DNA of 64,000 nt from Escherichia coli (GCF_045037415.1 NZ_CP173440.1), one strand, 5' to 3'. Positions 43,005 to 54,221 are shown, numbered from the stretch's first letter. Program-made: numbers and translations. The notes: generated from the letters alone by a model not told the origin.

Positions 43005-43235
43005 ATGAAAGTGTTAAGTATTGTCGGGGCAACGCTGTTGGTCACGTCATTCCATGCTGCCGCATTTGTTTCTGTATCGCCGGTGCCTGCGGGGCAAAAT
43101 GCGAACGTCAGTCCTGCTGCAAACAACGGACACGCTATTCCTTCTGAAGCGGTCAATGCTGACATAACAAAGATCATTCCGATCGCTGGCTGTCACTGCG
43201 CTTTCTGCAACTCGTTGCGCGCCGCTAACCTTTGA
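43005..43235 (+). CDS. small secreted protein with C-terminal CHCAFC motif
   Basis: AAGGGGG ribosome-binding site; signal peptide MKVLSIVGATLLVTSFHAAAF; His/Cys cluster near the C-terminus. Confidence 0.4.
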   Translation: MKVLSIVGATLLVTSFHAAAFVSVSPVPAGQNANVSPAANNGHAIPSEAVNADITKIIPIAGCHCAFCNSLRAANL

Positions 43236-43819
43236 CCCCTTCTTCAGGCCTGGGTTTATCAACATTCAGGCCCTGAGTCCGCTCCTGACGTGCCGTAGGC
43301 CATGAGTATGATGGCCTGCTCCTGCCTTTCACCTGTACCCCACCTTACCGCCCAGTCGTTTATTTCACCCTTTACGGGCTGACTTGCCGCGAAAAAGCTT
43401 CCCGTACATTCCATTAACACATCCCACGCAGCGTAGATTCAAAGAGAACTCTGTAGGAGATGTTAACAATGCCATATAAGAAAGCCTCTGTATTTGAAGA
43501 TCCCCGTTTACCTGTCCCCGCTCTCTGATTTCACCCAGTCGGCGGATAAAGACTGCACGCGCAAGGGCATTGCGGGCCTCACCTTTATTCAACCCTGCCT
43601 GTACGCGTCGACGCAGGGAAGGCTCCCGGAACCAGTAATGGCCGTGAAGCGACTGTGCAATGCGCTGTTTGGCAGAACGGGCAGCCAGTGGCTGATTGTG
43701 GAAGTTTTTGGGGAGAAAGGGCGACAGCACCGCAGTACGGACAGTAACCCGGAGGCCGTTGAAAAGATGGTCAGGCATGTGATAAACCCAGTAACACCTG
43801 ATAATCTGGAGGATACAGG

Positions 43820-44299
43820 ATGAAAAAATATAAAGTTGTCACTGCAGGACTTCTCCTGGCAGGCCTTATTGCTACCGGTATCACCTGGGCAGCAGGCCAG
43901 TCCAACGGAGAGAAGAATGCGCAATGGCGAAAACCCCTGAACGAGAGCATCACGCTTCGGTTCGGTGAAAAAGCCTATAGCGTGGATTTGTATGATAATC
44001 CCACGACTCACGACCTGCTAAAAAAGCTGCCCCTTAACGTTCAGGCCACGGATTACCCGGGGTATGACGAGAAAGTGTTGCGCTTAGCAACACCATTATC
44101 GATGGAAAATGCGCCGCGGGGTGATGAACCAGAAATTCCTGAAGTGGGCTACTATGCTCCCGGGCAGTGGATTGCTGTTTACTTCGGTCCTATTGGTTAC
44201 TGGTCTGGTAAGGTGCCGCTTGGCCGTATTCATGCTTCAGTCGATGAAATCAGTGCCATTCCGGAGAATACGCCAGTCACCATTGAGAAAGCGAAATGA
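43820..44299 (+). CDS. secreted hypothetical protein (possibly cyclophilin-like fold)
   Basis: Signal peptide; stop overlaps the start of the downstream reductase gene. Fold assignment is tentative. Confidence 0.35.
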   Translation: MKKYKVVTAGLLLAGLIATGITWAAGQSNGEKNAQWRKPLNESITLRFGEKAYSVDLYDNPTTHDLLKKLPLNVQATDYPGYDEKVLRLATPLSMENAPRGDEPEIPEVGYYAPGQWIAVYFGPIGYWSGKVPLGRIHASVDEISAIPENTPVTIEKAK

Positions 44300-45135
44300 C
44301 CACTGACAGCATACTGCTTAACGACGGCTATTATATGCCCCGGCCAGGTTGTGGCCTCTGGCTGATTGACAACAGGGACGTTGACTCTCTGATCCGACAG
44401 GCATTGAAAGCAGGCTTCCGGCACTTTGACACGGCCCAGGCATATTTTAATGAAGATGGGGTAGGCCGTGCGTTACGGTATACCGAAGTACCGCGTGAGC
44501 AGTTGTTTATTACTTCTAAAATTCGCGGCAGGGATATGGGCTATGCACGTACGCTTGTCTCCTTTAACGAAACACTGGAGCGTCTGGGCGTCGAATACCT
44601 TGAGCTTTTTCTCATTCACTGGCCGATACCCGCAAAAAATTTGTATGTGGAAACCTGGGAAGCATCAATCGAGCTGGAGGCCAGCGGTCTGATTCGTTCC
44701 ATTGGTGTGTCCAATTTCACCTGCCAGCATATAGAGCGGCTTATAGAGGATACTGGTGTGGTGCCGGCTGTGAATCAGCTTGAACTGCATCCGCATTTTC
44801 AACAGTGTGATGTCCGTGATTATCATCATGAAGCCGGAATAGCCATTCAGAGTTACAGCCCTTTTGGTAGTAATGGTGCAGCAGTTTTACGCAATGCGGT
44901 GGTAATGGTTTTGGCAAGACGACATGACCATTCACCGGCTCAGATTGTACTTCGCTGGCATCTTCAACAAGGACTCACGCCTCTGCCCAGAACAACCAAT
45001 GGTGCACGATTTAGTGAAAACGTTGATGTCTGGGATTTTGAACTTTCAGAGGAAGAAATGAAACTTCTGGCGAGCCTCAACACACGAACCGGTAATACTC
45101 AACCCCTGCCCGATGCTATGAATATGTCGTTCTGA
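44296..45135 (+). CDS. aldo/keto reductase
   Basis: AKR hallmarks (…FDTAQAY…, LIHWP). Confidence 0.8.
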   Translation: MTTDSILLNDGYYMPRPGCGLWLIDNRDVDSLIRQALKAGFRHFDTAQAYFNEDGVGRALRYTEVPREQLFITSKIRGRDMGYARTLVSFNETLERLGVEYLELFLIHWPIPAKNLYVETWEASIELEASGLIRSIGVSNFTCQHIERLIEDTGVVPAVNQLELHPHFQQCDVRDYHHEAGIAIQSYSPFGSNGAAVLRNAVVMVLARRHDHSPAQIVLRWHLQQGLTPLPRTTNGARFSENVDVWDFELSEEEMKLLASLNTRTGNTQPLPDAMNMSF

Positions 45136-45328
45136 TGCTGAATGTATTACCACCGCTGAAGTAGTTTGTAGAGGGGCGCTAATGTCATTGGCATTACGTC
45201 CGCTCTTCGTTCACAGCGGACCGTCATGCCAGCTCAAAAAACAGGCTTAACGTAGGATATTTAATGAGATGGTCACTCCCTCCTTCCCGGTACTATGCTG
45301 AGGACAGGCTTTCATTCGGAGAACTATC

Positions 45329-46333
45329 ATGGAAAACATTGCGCTCATTGGTATCGATCTGGGTAAAAACTCTTTCCATATTCATTGCCAGGATCGTCGC
45401 GGGAAGGCTGTTTACCGTAAAAAATTTACCCGGCCAAAGTTGATCGAATTTTTGGCGACATGCCCCGCTACAACCATCGCAATGGAAGCCTGTGGCGGTT
45501 CTCACTTTATGGCACGCAAGTTGGAAGAGTTGGGGCATTCCCCAAAGCTGATATCACCACAATTTGTCCGCCCGTTCGTTAAAAGCAATAAAAACGACTT
45601 TGTCGACGCCGAAGCTATTTGTGAAGCTGCATCGCGTCCGTCTATGCGTTTTGTGCAGCCCAGAACGGAATCTCAGCAGGCAATGCGGGCTCTGCATCGT
45701 GTCCGTGAATCCCTGGTTCAGGATAAGGTAAAAACAACCAATCAAATGCATGCTTTTCTGCTGGAATTTGGCATTAGCGTTCCCCGAGGAGCTGCCGTTA
45801 TTAGCCGACTGAGTACCATTCTTGAGGATAATAGTTTGCCTCTTTACCTCAGCCAGTTATTGCTGAAATTACAACAGCATTATCACTATCTTGTTGAGCA
45901 GATTAAAGATTTGGAATCCCAGTTGAAACGAAAGTTGGACGAAGATGAGGTTGGACAGCGCTTGCTGAGCATTCCCTGCGTCGGAACACTGACAGCGAGT
46001 ACTATTTCAACTGAGATTGGCGACGGGAAGCAGTACGCCAGCAGCCGTGACTTTGCGGCGGCAACAGGGCTTGTACCTCGGCAGTACAGCACGGGAGGTA
46101 GGACGACATTGCTGGGAATTAGTAAGCGAGGTAATAAAAAGATCCGAACTTTGTTGGTTCAATGTGCCAGGGTATTCATACAAAAACTGGAACACCAGTC
46201 TGGCAAATTGGCCGATTGGGTCAGGGATTTACTGTGCCGGAAAAGCAACTTTGTCGTCACTTGTGCTCTGGCAAACAAGCTGGCCAGAATAGCCTGGGCC
46301 CTAACGGCACGACAGCAAACTTATGTAGCATAA
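45329..46333 (+). CDS. IS110-family transposase
   Basis: N-terminal IGIDLGKNSFH (DEDD-type) and C-terminal region typical of IS110 family. Confidence 0.75.
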   Translation: MENIALIGIDLGKNSFHIHCQDRRGKAVYRKKFTRPKLIEFLATCPATTIAMEACGGSHFMARKLEELGHSPKLISPQFVRPFVKSNKNDFVDAEAICEAASRPSMRFVQPRTESQQAMRALHRVRESLVQDKVKTTNQMHAFLLEFGISVPRGAAVISRLSTILEDNSLPLYLSQLLLKLQQHYHYLVEQIKDLESQLKRKLDEDEVGQRLLSIPCVGTLTASTISTEIGDGKQYASSRDFAAATGLVPRQYSTGGRTTLLGISKRGNKKIRTLLVQCARVFIQKLEHQSGKLADWVRDLLCRKSNFVVTCALANKLARIAWALTARQQTYVA

Positions 46334-46728
46334 CGGCAGAAATACACCGGTTTAAAGAATTACTGATCTGGTTTTGCGAATACTGATATTGATGATACTA
46401 ACGGCCCACCGGCCTGTTGAGGAACCTGTAAAACGGAAAGGCTCATTGAAGCCGTATATTTTCTGGAGGTTCATCAGGCGCGGAACTCATCAAGGCGCGG
46501 GAATAAAATCCCATTCAGACGCCGGATAGATTCAAGCAAGCCAACTTGTCGTCAAAATCGGTGTTGCAAAAACGGGAGTGACCATAGATTCCGTTTTCCA
46601 AGCGGACCCCTTACTATAAATTTTAAGCGATCACCTGACCTTCCCTGCTGCGGACTAAGTTCTAAGTGAAGAAATCCTTGTGATCTTTTTATCTACTGTC
46701 AGACGAACCACGATAATGCGTGTCGATG

Positions 46729-46755
46729 AGAAAAAAAAACACCTTATAAAGGTGG
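46729..46755 (-). terminator. rho-independent terminator of the H-NS-like gene
   Basis: Hairpin CACCTT-TATA-AAGGTG followed by T9 on the minus strand. Confidence 0.5.
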
Positions 46756-46779
46756 TTTTATATAGCTACGGAAAATTGT

Positions 46780-47178
46780 TTAGATCAGGAAATCTTCGAG
46801 AGTTTTTCCTGAATCCAACTGAGCTTTAATTGGTGCCGGGGTACGACCCTGACCTGTCCAAGTTTTTTGCTCACCAGCTTCGTCTATATAAGCATATTTC
46901 GCCGGACGAGGTTCACGCTTTTTTCGTACTTTAATGTTAACGGCCGCGTCCATCAGTTCATTCGGATCTATACCATCAGCGATTATCATTTCCCGGTACT
47001 GAGAGAGTTTTTCTAAACGCTCTCGATTAGCTGCTTCGGCCGCCTTTTCTTCTTCACTGCGTTCAGTGACTACAACAGTGAACTTTTCTAATACTTCTTC
47101 GAGCACTTCTAATGGCAGCTCTCGTGCCTGAGCGCGAAGTGTACGGATGTTATTGAGAACCTGTAATGTCTCGCTCAT
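46780..47178 (-). CDS. H-NS-family nucleoid-associated protein
   Basis: [20 protein letters not shown]…[16 protein letters not shown]…TWTGQGRTP matches H-NS/StpA along its length. Confidence 0.85.
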   Translation of the reverse strand: MSETLQVLNNIRTLRAQARELPLEVLEEVLEKFTVVVTERSEEEKAAEAANRERLEKLSQYREMIIADGIDPNELMDAAVNIKVRKKREPRPAKYAYIDEAGEQKTWTGQGRTPAPIKAQLDSGKTLEDFLI

Positions 47179-47514
47179 AGTTACCTCTTTAAGCACATTG
47201 TTATGCAGTTACATAACAACATTAAATTAATTAAAAATTTTCAGCAAGTGGCTTCGCAAGTTAAATTATTTCAATCGAAAAACATCTTAAAAAGGAATAG
47301 CTCTCATGCTGATTCTATCTTCCTTAGACAGGATACTTCCCAGTTTGTAAATTCACAATCTTGAAAAAAACACCTCAAAAAATCTGTCTCTTTGGTTATG
47401 AATTAATCGTTGAATTCAATGTAAAGAGGTGTTGTAATTGTAAAAGTCACCAGGCAAATAATCAATACAATTTAGTTCGATATAGTGAAGATCTAAATGT
47501 CATTCCTTATGTAT

Positions 47515-47994
47515 TTATTTATTCGCTTTGCGCCATTGACGTGGTTCAATCGAGTTCGGGTCCGACCACAGACCTTTACCTGCATTGCGAGCGTTCTGCT
47601 CAAGAGTCCCATATTCAGGTACAGTTAATCGACCCTGATAGCGATATGCCCAGGCCATGCCTTCTGCAACCATGATGGAATTAATATCCTGGCTTTTAAG
47701 ATAGATTGTACCAAGCATACGTCCATAGGCGTCCTGCCCATGGTCCTGAATATTTACAATCTGGTTTGCGACCAACTGGATCATTGTCTGCTTAGCCTTC
47801 TGCCCGAAGGCTTGCTTACTTTCAGGGGCATCAATTCCATAGAGCCGTATTCTTGTATTTATTGCACCGTCATAAGCCTGTACAGTATCACCATCAATTA
47901 CTCTGACAACTTTTGCCGAGAAAGTTTTGGCAATTGAAGTCAGCGGTGTTGTTAAAAGAAAAACAGCCAGCGGGAAAATGGCTAACTTGGTCAT
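47515..47994 (-). CDS. secreted thermonuclease (staphylococcal-nuclease-like) family protein
   Basis: Signal peptide and SNase-like motifs (VIDGDT…RLYGIDAPE…). Confidence 0.7.
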   Translation of the reverse strand: MTKLAIFPLAVFLLTTPLTSIAKTFSAKVVRVIDGDTVQAYDGAINTRIRLYGIDAPESKQAFGQKAKQTMIQLVANQIVNIQDHGQDAYGRMLGTIYLKSQDINSIMVAEGMAWAYRYQGRLTVPEYGTLEQNARNAGKGLWSDPNSIEPRQWRKANK

Positions 47995-48177
47995 CCGGAT
48001 GTTTATCATTGGTTGTCTCTGGGTGATAATCATAAAATGTGAGTTGAGGGTGAAATCACAACGATTTTGAAAATTTACTTTCAAAGTATTTGTTACTTTA
48101 TTAACTACATGCTATTGTGTCAATGTATATGAAAATTATTGCCAGAGGTGAATGACAACGCATCTCAGCTCAGTAAA

Positions 48178-48186
48178 GGGGGGGGG
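48178..48186. repeat. G9 homopolymer immediately 5' of an ATG
   Basis: GGGGGGGGG directly precedes the ATG at 48187. Confidence 0.9.
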
Positions 48187-49136
48187 ATGTCGACTGTTAA
48201 TGATGTGATTATATCTTTTGGGGATGACAGTAAAAGGTACTCAAGAGACTTCCAGACAAAAGACGAATTTAAAAAGAGCTGGTACGCAGTTTTGTCCCGG
48301 GCGCATGCTTCTGTAGAAGCTAAGGTTAGCTGCTCGTGTAAAGGCAAAGGACAGAAATCACTTTCCGTAAAATATAACTCTGGCGGTGATACTTATTTCT
48401 TGGCACGGTACCCAAATACGGGTAGTCAACATTCTCCCGACTCATGTATTTAATTGTAGGTGCATACCCTTCAACACCTCAGGTGATGAAAAATATAAAA
48501 ATGACATCAGATGCTCTGAAGAAAAAGGAGAGTTTGATTTGTCTCAATGTTCTATCGAAATACAACCCTGAAAAACATTCGAATACATCAAAACGACTTC
48601 CTGTCAAGTTCTTTTCTGGTGTTCTGATCGTGCTGATGAATACTGATAACTGGGCATCACTGGAGAAGAGATTCAGCTCTGAAATAGCAAATTGGCGTTC
48701 AGGAGGCAACGTCATCTGTATTGCTATAGGCGAGCTAGGTAAATTTAAGGGGAATGATATATACTATCTTAAAACACTTCAGATTGCTTTGATGAATGTT
48801 GATGATAACTAGATCCCGGCAGACTCGAGCTATGAACTGACCATGCTAAATTATCTTCATAAGCATGAGCGATCATTTATAAAACCTCTGAGATATGATG
48901 CTTCTAATAATGATGTATTCCCGGATTTCTGCCTGACGGATATAGGGAGTACTGAACTTTTTCCTATTGAGGTATTTGGTATGGATACTGCTTCATATTT
49001 GGCACGTAAGGTGATCAAAGAAAGTTACTATAATGAACGATATGGAAAGGATGGTTGGGCTTCATGGGAAGCACCGGCTGGCCCCCTCCCCATCTGCCCG
49101 ATAAGGCCAGCAGTTAACTACCAAATGCTTCTGTAA
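48187..49136 (+). pseudogene. possible single gene broken by one frameshift and one in-frame stop
   Basis: ORF 48139..48453 is in frame 1; ORFs 48444..48812 and 48843..49136 are both in frame 3, separated by a TAG at 48813. Confidence 0.25.
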
Positions 49137-49673
49137 GGGCTTCGGCCCTATTAAAAATATCAGCCATTTTTTAACACATAGTAATAGAATCCGATTCAAA
49201 GTGATTCTCACATGGTCTCAGAAAGTAACTTTTTTAGGTTAATCTTTGTTATAGAGCTATTAAACCATAACTTCTGAAAATATCTTTTATTCTTATCTTT
49301 CAGTTATCATAATGACTTTTTAGATTAAGCCCCTAGTTTGAATGTGTTTGTTTGAAAAAATATTTTATAAAACATATTATGGTTAATTATTTGGTTGATG
49401 TTTTATTTCAAACATATCTACTTTACTCCTGCATGGATAGGTCTGCACATCTTGCCGCAAGATCATAAAATAAAAGTACAATTATGCGTTCTATTGAAAA
49501 CAGGACCTGATATCATGGACGATTCCACTCCCCTGCTCGTTCCCCCAACCAAAAGATAAAAGTAACTTTTGAGGCTTAAAGGGTTTCATCCCTGATGTTC
49601 TTCATCCAGCGATTTTAATACTGCCCCATTAACCGGACAGAAATCATCCGAATATTTTCTTTTACATTGCCGC

Positions 49674-49732
49674 GCGCTACGTGAAATCTGACGTACTCAC
49701 CCCTCCGATTTTCTTCAGATTTCGCGTAGCGC
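49674..49732. repeat. 18-bp inverted repeat (one mismatch) with 23-nt spacer in an AT-rich non-coding region
   Basis: GCGCTACGTGAAATCTGA … TCAGATTTCGCGTAGCGC. Confidence 0.8.
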
Positions 49733-50521
49733 AACCTGGGCGGAAACCACTCGAAAAGTAACTTTTGGACAGATTTAGAAGCCGGTTACCCCCACTATTG
49801 TTATTAACATAATATTAACACAAGGAATAATCGTTATTATTCGAACTGTAACTAGGATGTTGCATACCTCTTGAAGCGATGAAAATATGAGCATATTTCT
49901 CATTATTCCTGAATCCATACATTTTTATTGTTTTTATAGCGACATATTGAAACTCTGTTTTATTTAATAAGTATCAATTTTATAATCAATTTCTGTTATT
50001 TTATCGCTATTGACATTTACTATTGTGACTATATCCAATGATATTAGATCACTTACATCTGAAAGTGACAGTGTCACGGATTGTGCACCCAGAGAGACCC
50101 TTTTCGTGAAAAAAGTAGTTCACTCCCATAACGAAACGTGGGCTTCTTTTTTGCAGATCGTATGTGGATGTCTTCAGGTAGCAGGAAGGAAAGTGATGCA
50201 GGCATGAAAGGATGACAAACCGGCAAAGGGGCTGCTACTGCTCCATATTCAACAAACCACCCCTGGTTAGTTGAATCCTTTGCCGGTTTTCCTGACAATA
50301 CCAGACAGGTAAACTTTTTCCATCAGATTTTCTCGTCAACATGTTGCATTCATAGTTTTTCCATAATTGGATGCTTTTGCAGGACAACTACGGTTTTTAT
50401 CCTTTCGTGCCCGGTAAAAAAAATAGTTAAATAGCGATTTCACCCTTTTAAAGGAAAAATTGTCCTCAGGCTCACAGTACTATAAAAGTATCAATAATCA
50501 GGAGCCGGTAATGACTCCAAC

Positions 50522-51025
50522 TTATTGATAGTGTTTTATGTTCAGATAATGCCCGATGACTTTGTCATGCAGCTCCACCGATTTTGAGAACGACAGCGAC
50601 TTCCGTCCCAGCCGTGCCAGGTGCTGCCTCAGATTCAGGTTAAGCCGCTCAATTCGCTGCGTATATCGCTTGCTGATTACGTGCAGCTTTCCCTTCAGGC
50701 GGGATTCATACAGCGGCCAGCCATCCGTCATCCATATCACCACGTCAAAGGGTGACAGCAGGCTCATAAGACGCCCCAGCGTCGCCATAGTGCGTTCACC
50801 GAATACGTGCGCAACAACCGTCTTCCGGAGCCTGTCATACGCGTAAAACAGCCAGCGCTGGCGCGATTTAGCCCCGACATAGCCCCACTGTTCGTCCATT
50901 TCCGCGCAGACGATGACGTCACTGCCCGGCTGTATGCGCGAGGTTACCGACTGCGGCCTGAGTTTTTTAAGTGACGTAAAATCGTGTTGAGGCCAACGCC
51001 CATAATGCGGGCGGTTGCCCGACAT
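50522..51025 (-). CDS. insB: IS1 InsB
   Basis: 167-aa product matches IS1 InsB. Confidence 0.9.
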
Positions 51026-51219
51026 CCAACGCCATTCATGGCCATATCAATGATTTTCTGGTGCGTACCGGGCTGAGAAGCGGTGTAAGTGAACTGCAGT
51101 TGCCATGTTTTACGGCAGTGAGAGCAGAGATAGCGCTGATGTCCGGCAGTGCTTTTGCCGTTACGCACCACCCCGTCAGTAGCTGAACAGGAGGGACAGC
51201 TGATAGAAACAGAAGCCAC
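50944..51219 (-). CDS. insA: IS1 InsA
   Basis: 91-aa product matches IS1 InsA (…[32 protein letters not shown]…). Confidence 0.9.
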
Positions 51220-51252
51220 TGGAGCACCTCAAAAACACCATCATACACTAAA

Positions 51253-51843
51253 TCAGTAAGTTGGCAGCATCACCAACCTTATGTACCTTTTGCAGCCAAA
51301 TTTTCTTGTTATTTTGCTTTGGTAGCATGATAGCATTTTTTCTTCAATTTTTAGTTGACTTTTTATTTCATTAATGCCCCCATTTTTCAGTAGGCATTGC
51401 AGCACTGCTTGTTCCTTTTTTGTTAGCCGTGGATAATGGTTTACAATTCGGCTAACATTTTTCTTTAAGAATGCAAAATATAGTTTTTCAATATTATTTT
51501 TTACATTTCCTTGCATGTTAACATAGATGTCATAATCACACCCTTTAGGATAAAACCGCCCCCCCCCCGAAACGTCAAGCCACATCCATTGGCTTATCAT
51601 ATTTAATGATCCCCTTAACATTTTGTACCCTCCCCATTTCCCTGAATAAAAAATCCTGCTGTCAACCAATACTCTTATGTTTCTTTTGTGCTTAATTGCT
51701 ATTGATTTATTAACTACTCCTTCATATGTAATATGAAACAGAGGTAGTCCAGTTAACTGCTTTAGGCCATAATAAAAAAAATAATCATCAGTCAACACTA
51801 TGTTTACATCCTTGTTACATATAAAGTAAATATATTTTTCCAT
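51253..51843 (-). CDS. LuxR-type HTH regulator, 3' end fused to the IS1 terminus, with internal G10 tract
   Basis: C-terminal LuxR-like HTH (LTKKEQAVLQCLLKNG…KITRKFG). The last ~7 codons come from IS1. The C10 run at 51559-51568 encodes GGG within the ORF. Confidence 0.45.
   Translation of the reverse strand: MEKYIYFICNKDVNIVLTDDYFFYYGLKQLTGLPLFHITYEGVVNKSIAIKHKRNIRVLVDSRIFYSGKWGGYKMLRGSLNMISQWMWLDVSGGGRFYPKGCDYDIYVNMQGNVKNNIEKLYFAFLKKNVSRIVNHYPRLTKKEQAVLQCLLKNGGINEIKSQLKIEEKMLSCYQSKITRKFGCKRYIRLVMLPTY
51559..51568. repeat. C10 homopolymer (G10 on the coding strand) inside the LuxR-type ORF
   Basis: Ten consecutive C at 51559-51568. Confidence 0.9.
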
Positions 51844-52376
51844 AGAAACAGTAACTTTGATCCATCAATATTCATCCAAAAATATTTTATAAGCATTAAA
51901 AAAAAAAACAACAGAGAATCATTTCTCTTGAAAGTCGTTGGTTACAATTTTTAATGAATAAAAATTCAATCAATCACGGTAAATAGTCATTTTTTTTGTC
52001 TTTGCGTGTTTGCAATTAATTGATCTTTTTTTTTAACCCGCCCCCCTTTATTTTGTCAGTTTGCTTAATAATTCACGATTAAAGATGTGTGGGGAGGGGC
52101 GAGTTTAGGACTTATTTTAAAATCCTTATCAAATAAATACTTTCGCAAAAAACAATTCGCTTAGTAATACTGTCTGTTTCTATAATAACCATGGTAATTA
52201 GATTTCTGAAAAATATGTTCAGATTACCACTAGTGTAACAGTTGGTGCTTGGGAGTTATTTGGCGATTGATCCGACCACATGATCCAGGCTAAATACCCT
52301 CAAAGTAAATTAATATATTGTTCTCCTTGATATCCGGCCCATTTTTTGATTTAATTTCAAATGATAACTGTATAAG

Positions 52377-53039
52377 GTGCAATCAATGAGTAATACTGAT
52401 AACGGGACGAAGATCTACACTCCATTAACTCTGAAACTATATGACTGGTGGGTGCTTTGCATTTCGAATAGTTACGCATGGAATTGTTCAACAAAGGATA
52501 TTTTAATTCCTTATTTTTTACAAAACTTAAGTCCTAACCACCTAGATATTGGCGTTGGTACTGGTTATTATCTCACTAAAATCCCTGCTCACTATAATAT
52601 ATCCCTCATGGATCTTAACCCTGCCAGCTTGAAAGCTGCATCGGCAAGAGTAGGGGAAGATAGAATACACTATAAAGTTAGGCATGATGTATTTGAATCT
52701 TACCCAGAGGAACTTCATGGAAAATTTGATTCCATATCAATGTATTACCTCATCCATTGTCTACCAGGAACAATGGAAGATAAAAGAATTGTCATAAAAA
52801 ACGCGAAGGCCGCCTTAACTAAAGGTGGAATACTTTACGGAGCAACCATACTTGGTGATAAGGTAAGGCATAATAGTTTTGCGTTAAAACTGTTGCAAAT
52901 TTATAACAAAAAAGGTATTTTTTCTAATTTTAGTGATTCAGAAGAAGAACTAAAAAAAATGCTTTCTCATTATTTTAAAAATATTGATGTCATTGTGAAA
53001 GGTGCTGTCGCAATGTTCTCTGCGCATGGAAAAAAATAG
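52377..53039 (+). CDS. class I SAM-dependent methyltransferase
   Basis: DIGVGTGYY (motif I). Paralog of the ORF at 61472..62179. Confidence 0.55.
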   Translation: MQSMSNTDNGTKIYTPLTLKLYDWWVLCISNSYAWNCSTKDILIPYFLQNLSPNHLDIGVGTGYYLTKIPAHYNISLMDLNPASLKAASARVGEDRIHYKVRHDVFESYPEELHGKFDSISMYYLIHCLPGTMEDKRIVIKNAKAALTKGGILYGATILGDKVRHNSFALKLLQIYNKKGIFSNFSDSEEELKKMLSHYFKNIDVIVKGAVAMFSAHGKK

Positions 53040-53399
53040 CTATTTATCATTTTTTCCTGGATTTATCTTTTTTAAAAACACCTTGTGAACTGATCCCATA
53101 GTTTATATTAAGCGACTAACAGGGCTTGGGTTCGGTCCTCTACCGGACTCAGGCCTTTTTGTTTTATTCTTTCATGGTTGTAATAGTGGATGTACTCATC
53201 TATAGCCATGCGCAACTAGCTGATATTCTTATGTTCCTTCAGGTAAAAACATTCAATCTTTAGCGTACCGAAGAAGCTTTCCATTACTGCATTGTCGTGA
53301 CATTTTCTCTTTCTTGACATGCTCTGTTTCAGGCCGCTGCCCTTAAGTCGCTTCTGATAATACGCCATCTGGTAGTGCATCTAATTAGTAGAACATGTA

Positions 53400-54110
53400 T
53401 TTTTCAATGAAGGCCCCGATGACTTTTTCATGCAGCTCAACAGAGCGTGAGAAACAGACGGTCGGCGAGCCAGGCGTTTGATTCGGGTTCTCAGCGTCAG
53501 ATTGTTTCGCTCAATGCGCTGAGTAGAGATTTTGCCGGTCAGATGCTTATCCTTCGGCACCTCTCTGGCGTAACTTCCCAGTCATCGCTGGTTATTATGC
53601 TGATATTAAACGGTGTGAGCAGAGCCAGCAGCGCACTGCAGGTTGCATCGGTCCGTGGCCCAAAAGTATAGGCCAGCACACCACCTGTTTTCGTGTTGTA
53701 CGCGTACCAGAGCCAGTGCTACCGGGCTTTGCTGCCGACCTCCATTGCTCGTGGAGTTCGCAGATGAGCGCCACATCGGCATGAGCAACCGGAGATGTGG
53801 TTACTCGTCGTGGCGCGAGTTTTTTAAAGTGCGAATAACGGTGTTAATGCCGATTTTGAGTGTCCTTGCGGTATCACAGACGCCGGCTCCGTTGAATGCC
53901 ATTTCGGTAATTTTCTCTTTGACGCCGTGCTTGCGTGCTTCATAAGTATAAGTGAGCAGAAACACGCGGTAGCAATCGCGGCAGCGAAACCGGTCACGGC
54001 CTTTAGGGCTCTGCCTGTGGCGGAAAACTTGGTCAGACTGACAACGGGGGCAATGAACGGTAACGCTGGTCATGAACAAACCTCAAAAGCACGCATCATA
54101 CATCAATTCA
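53400..54110 (-). mobile_element. degraded IS1-family element (divergent isoform) next to an IS3-family fragment
   Basis: InsA-like ORF 53801..54079 (…CPRCQSDQVFRHRQSPKGRDRFRCRDC…); InsB-like region 53430-53800 is frameshifted; IS3-type OrfB piece at 53200-53400. Confidence 0.55.
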
Positions 54111-54221
54111 ATTAATTAGAGGCATTGATCTCCTCCCTGAAAACAGTGCCGTCTCCTCGCCTCGTGAGCTCACACCAACAGAAGCACCGGCAGAAATAAG
54201 AATCCCTGGTTTCTCCTGATA

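Larger units (their letters stand above)
50507..51274 (-). mobile_element. IS1 (768 bp), no target-site duplication
   Basis: Termini GGTAATGACTCCAAC… and …GGCAGCATCACC match IS1. The 9 bp on either side differ (TCAGGAGCC vs AACCTTATG). Confidence 0.95.

Noticed and set aside
43365-44011. Three mutually overlapping ORFs (109-140 aa) on both strands
   Set aside because: None has a signal, motif or start context that singles it out. Possibly a decayed recombinase or IS fragment, but no call could be supported.
47361-47675. 104-aa plus-strand ORF
   Set aside because: Overlaps the thermonuclease gene on the opposite strand and its 5' part lies in AT-rich intergenic DNA.
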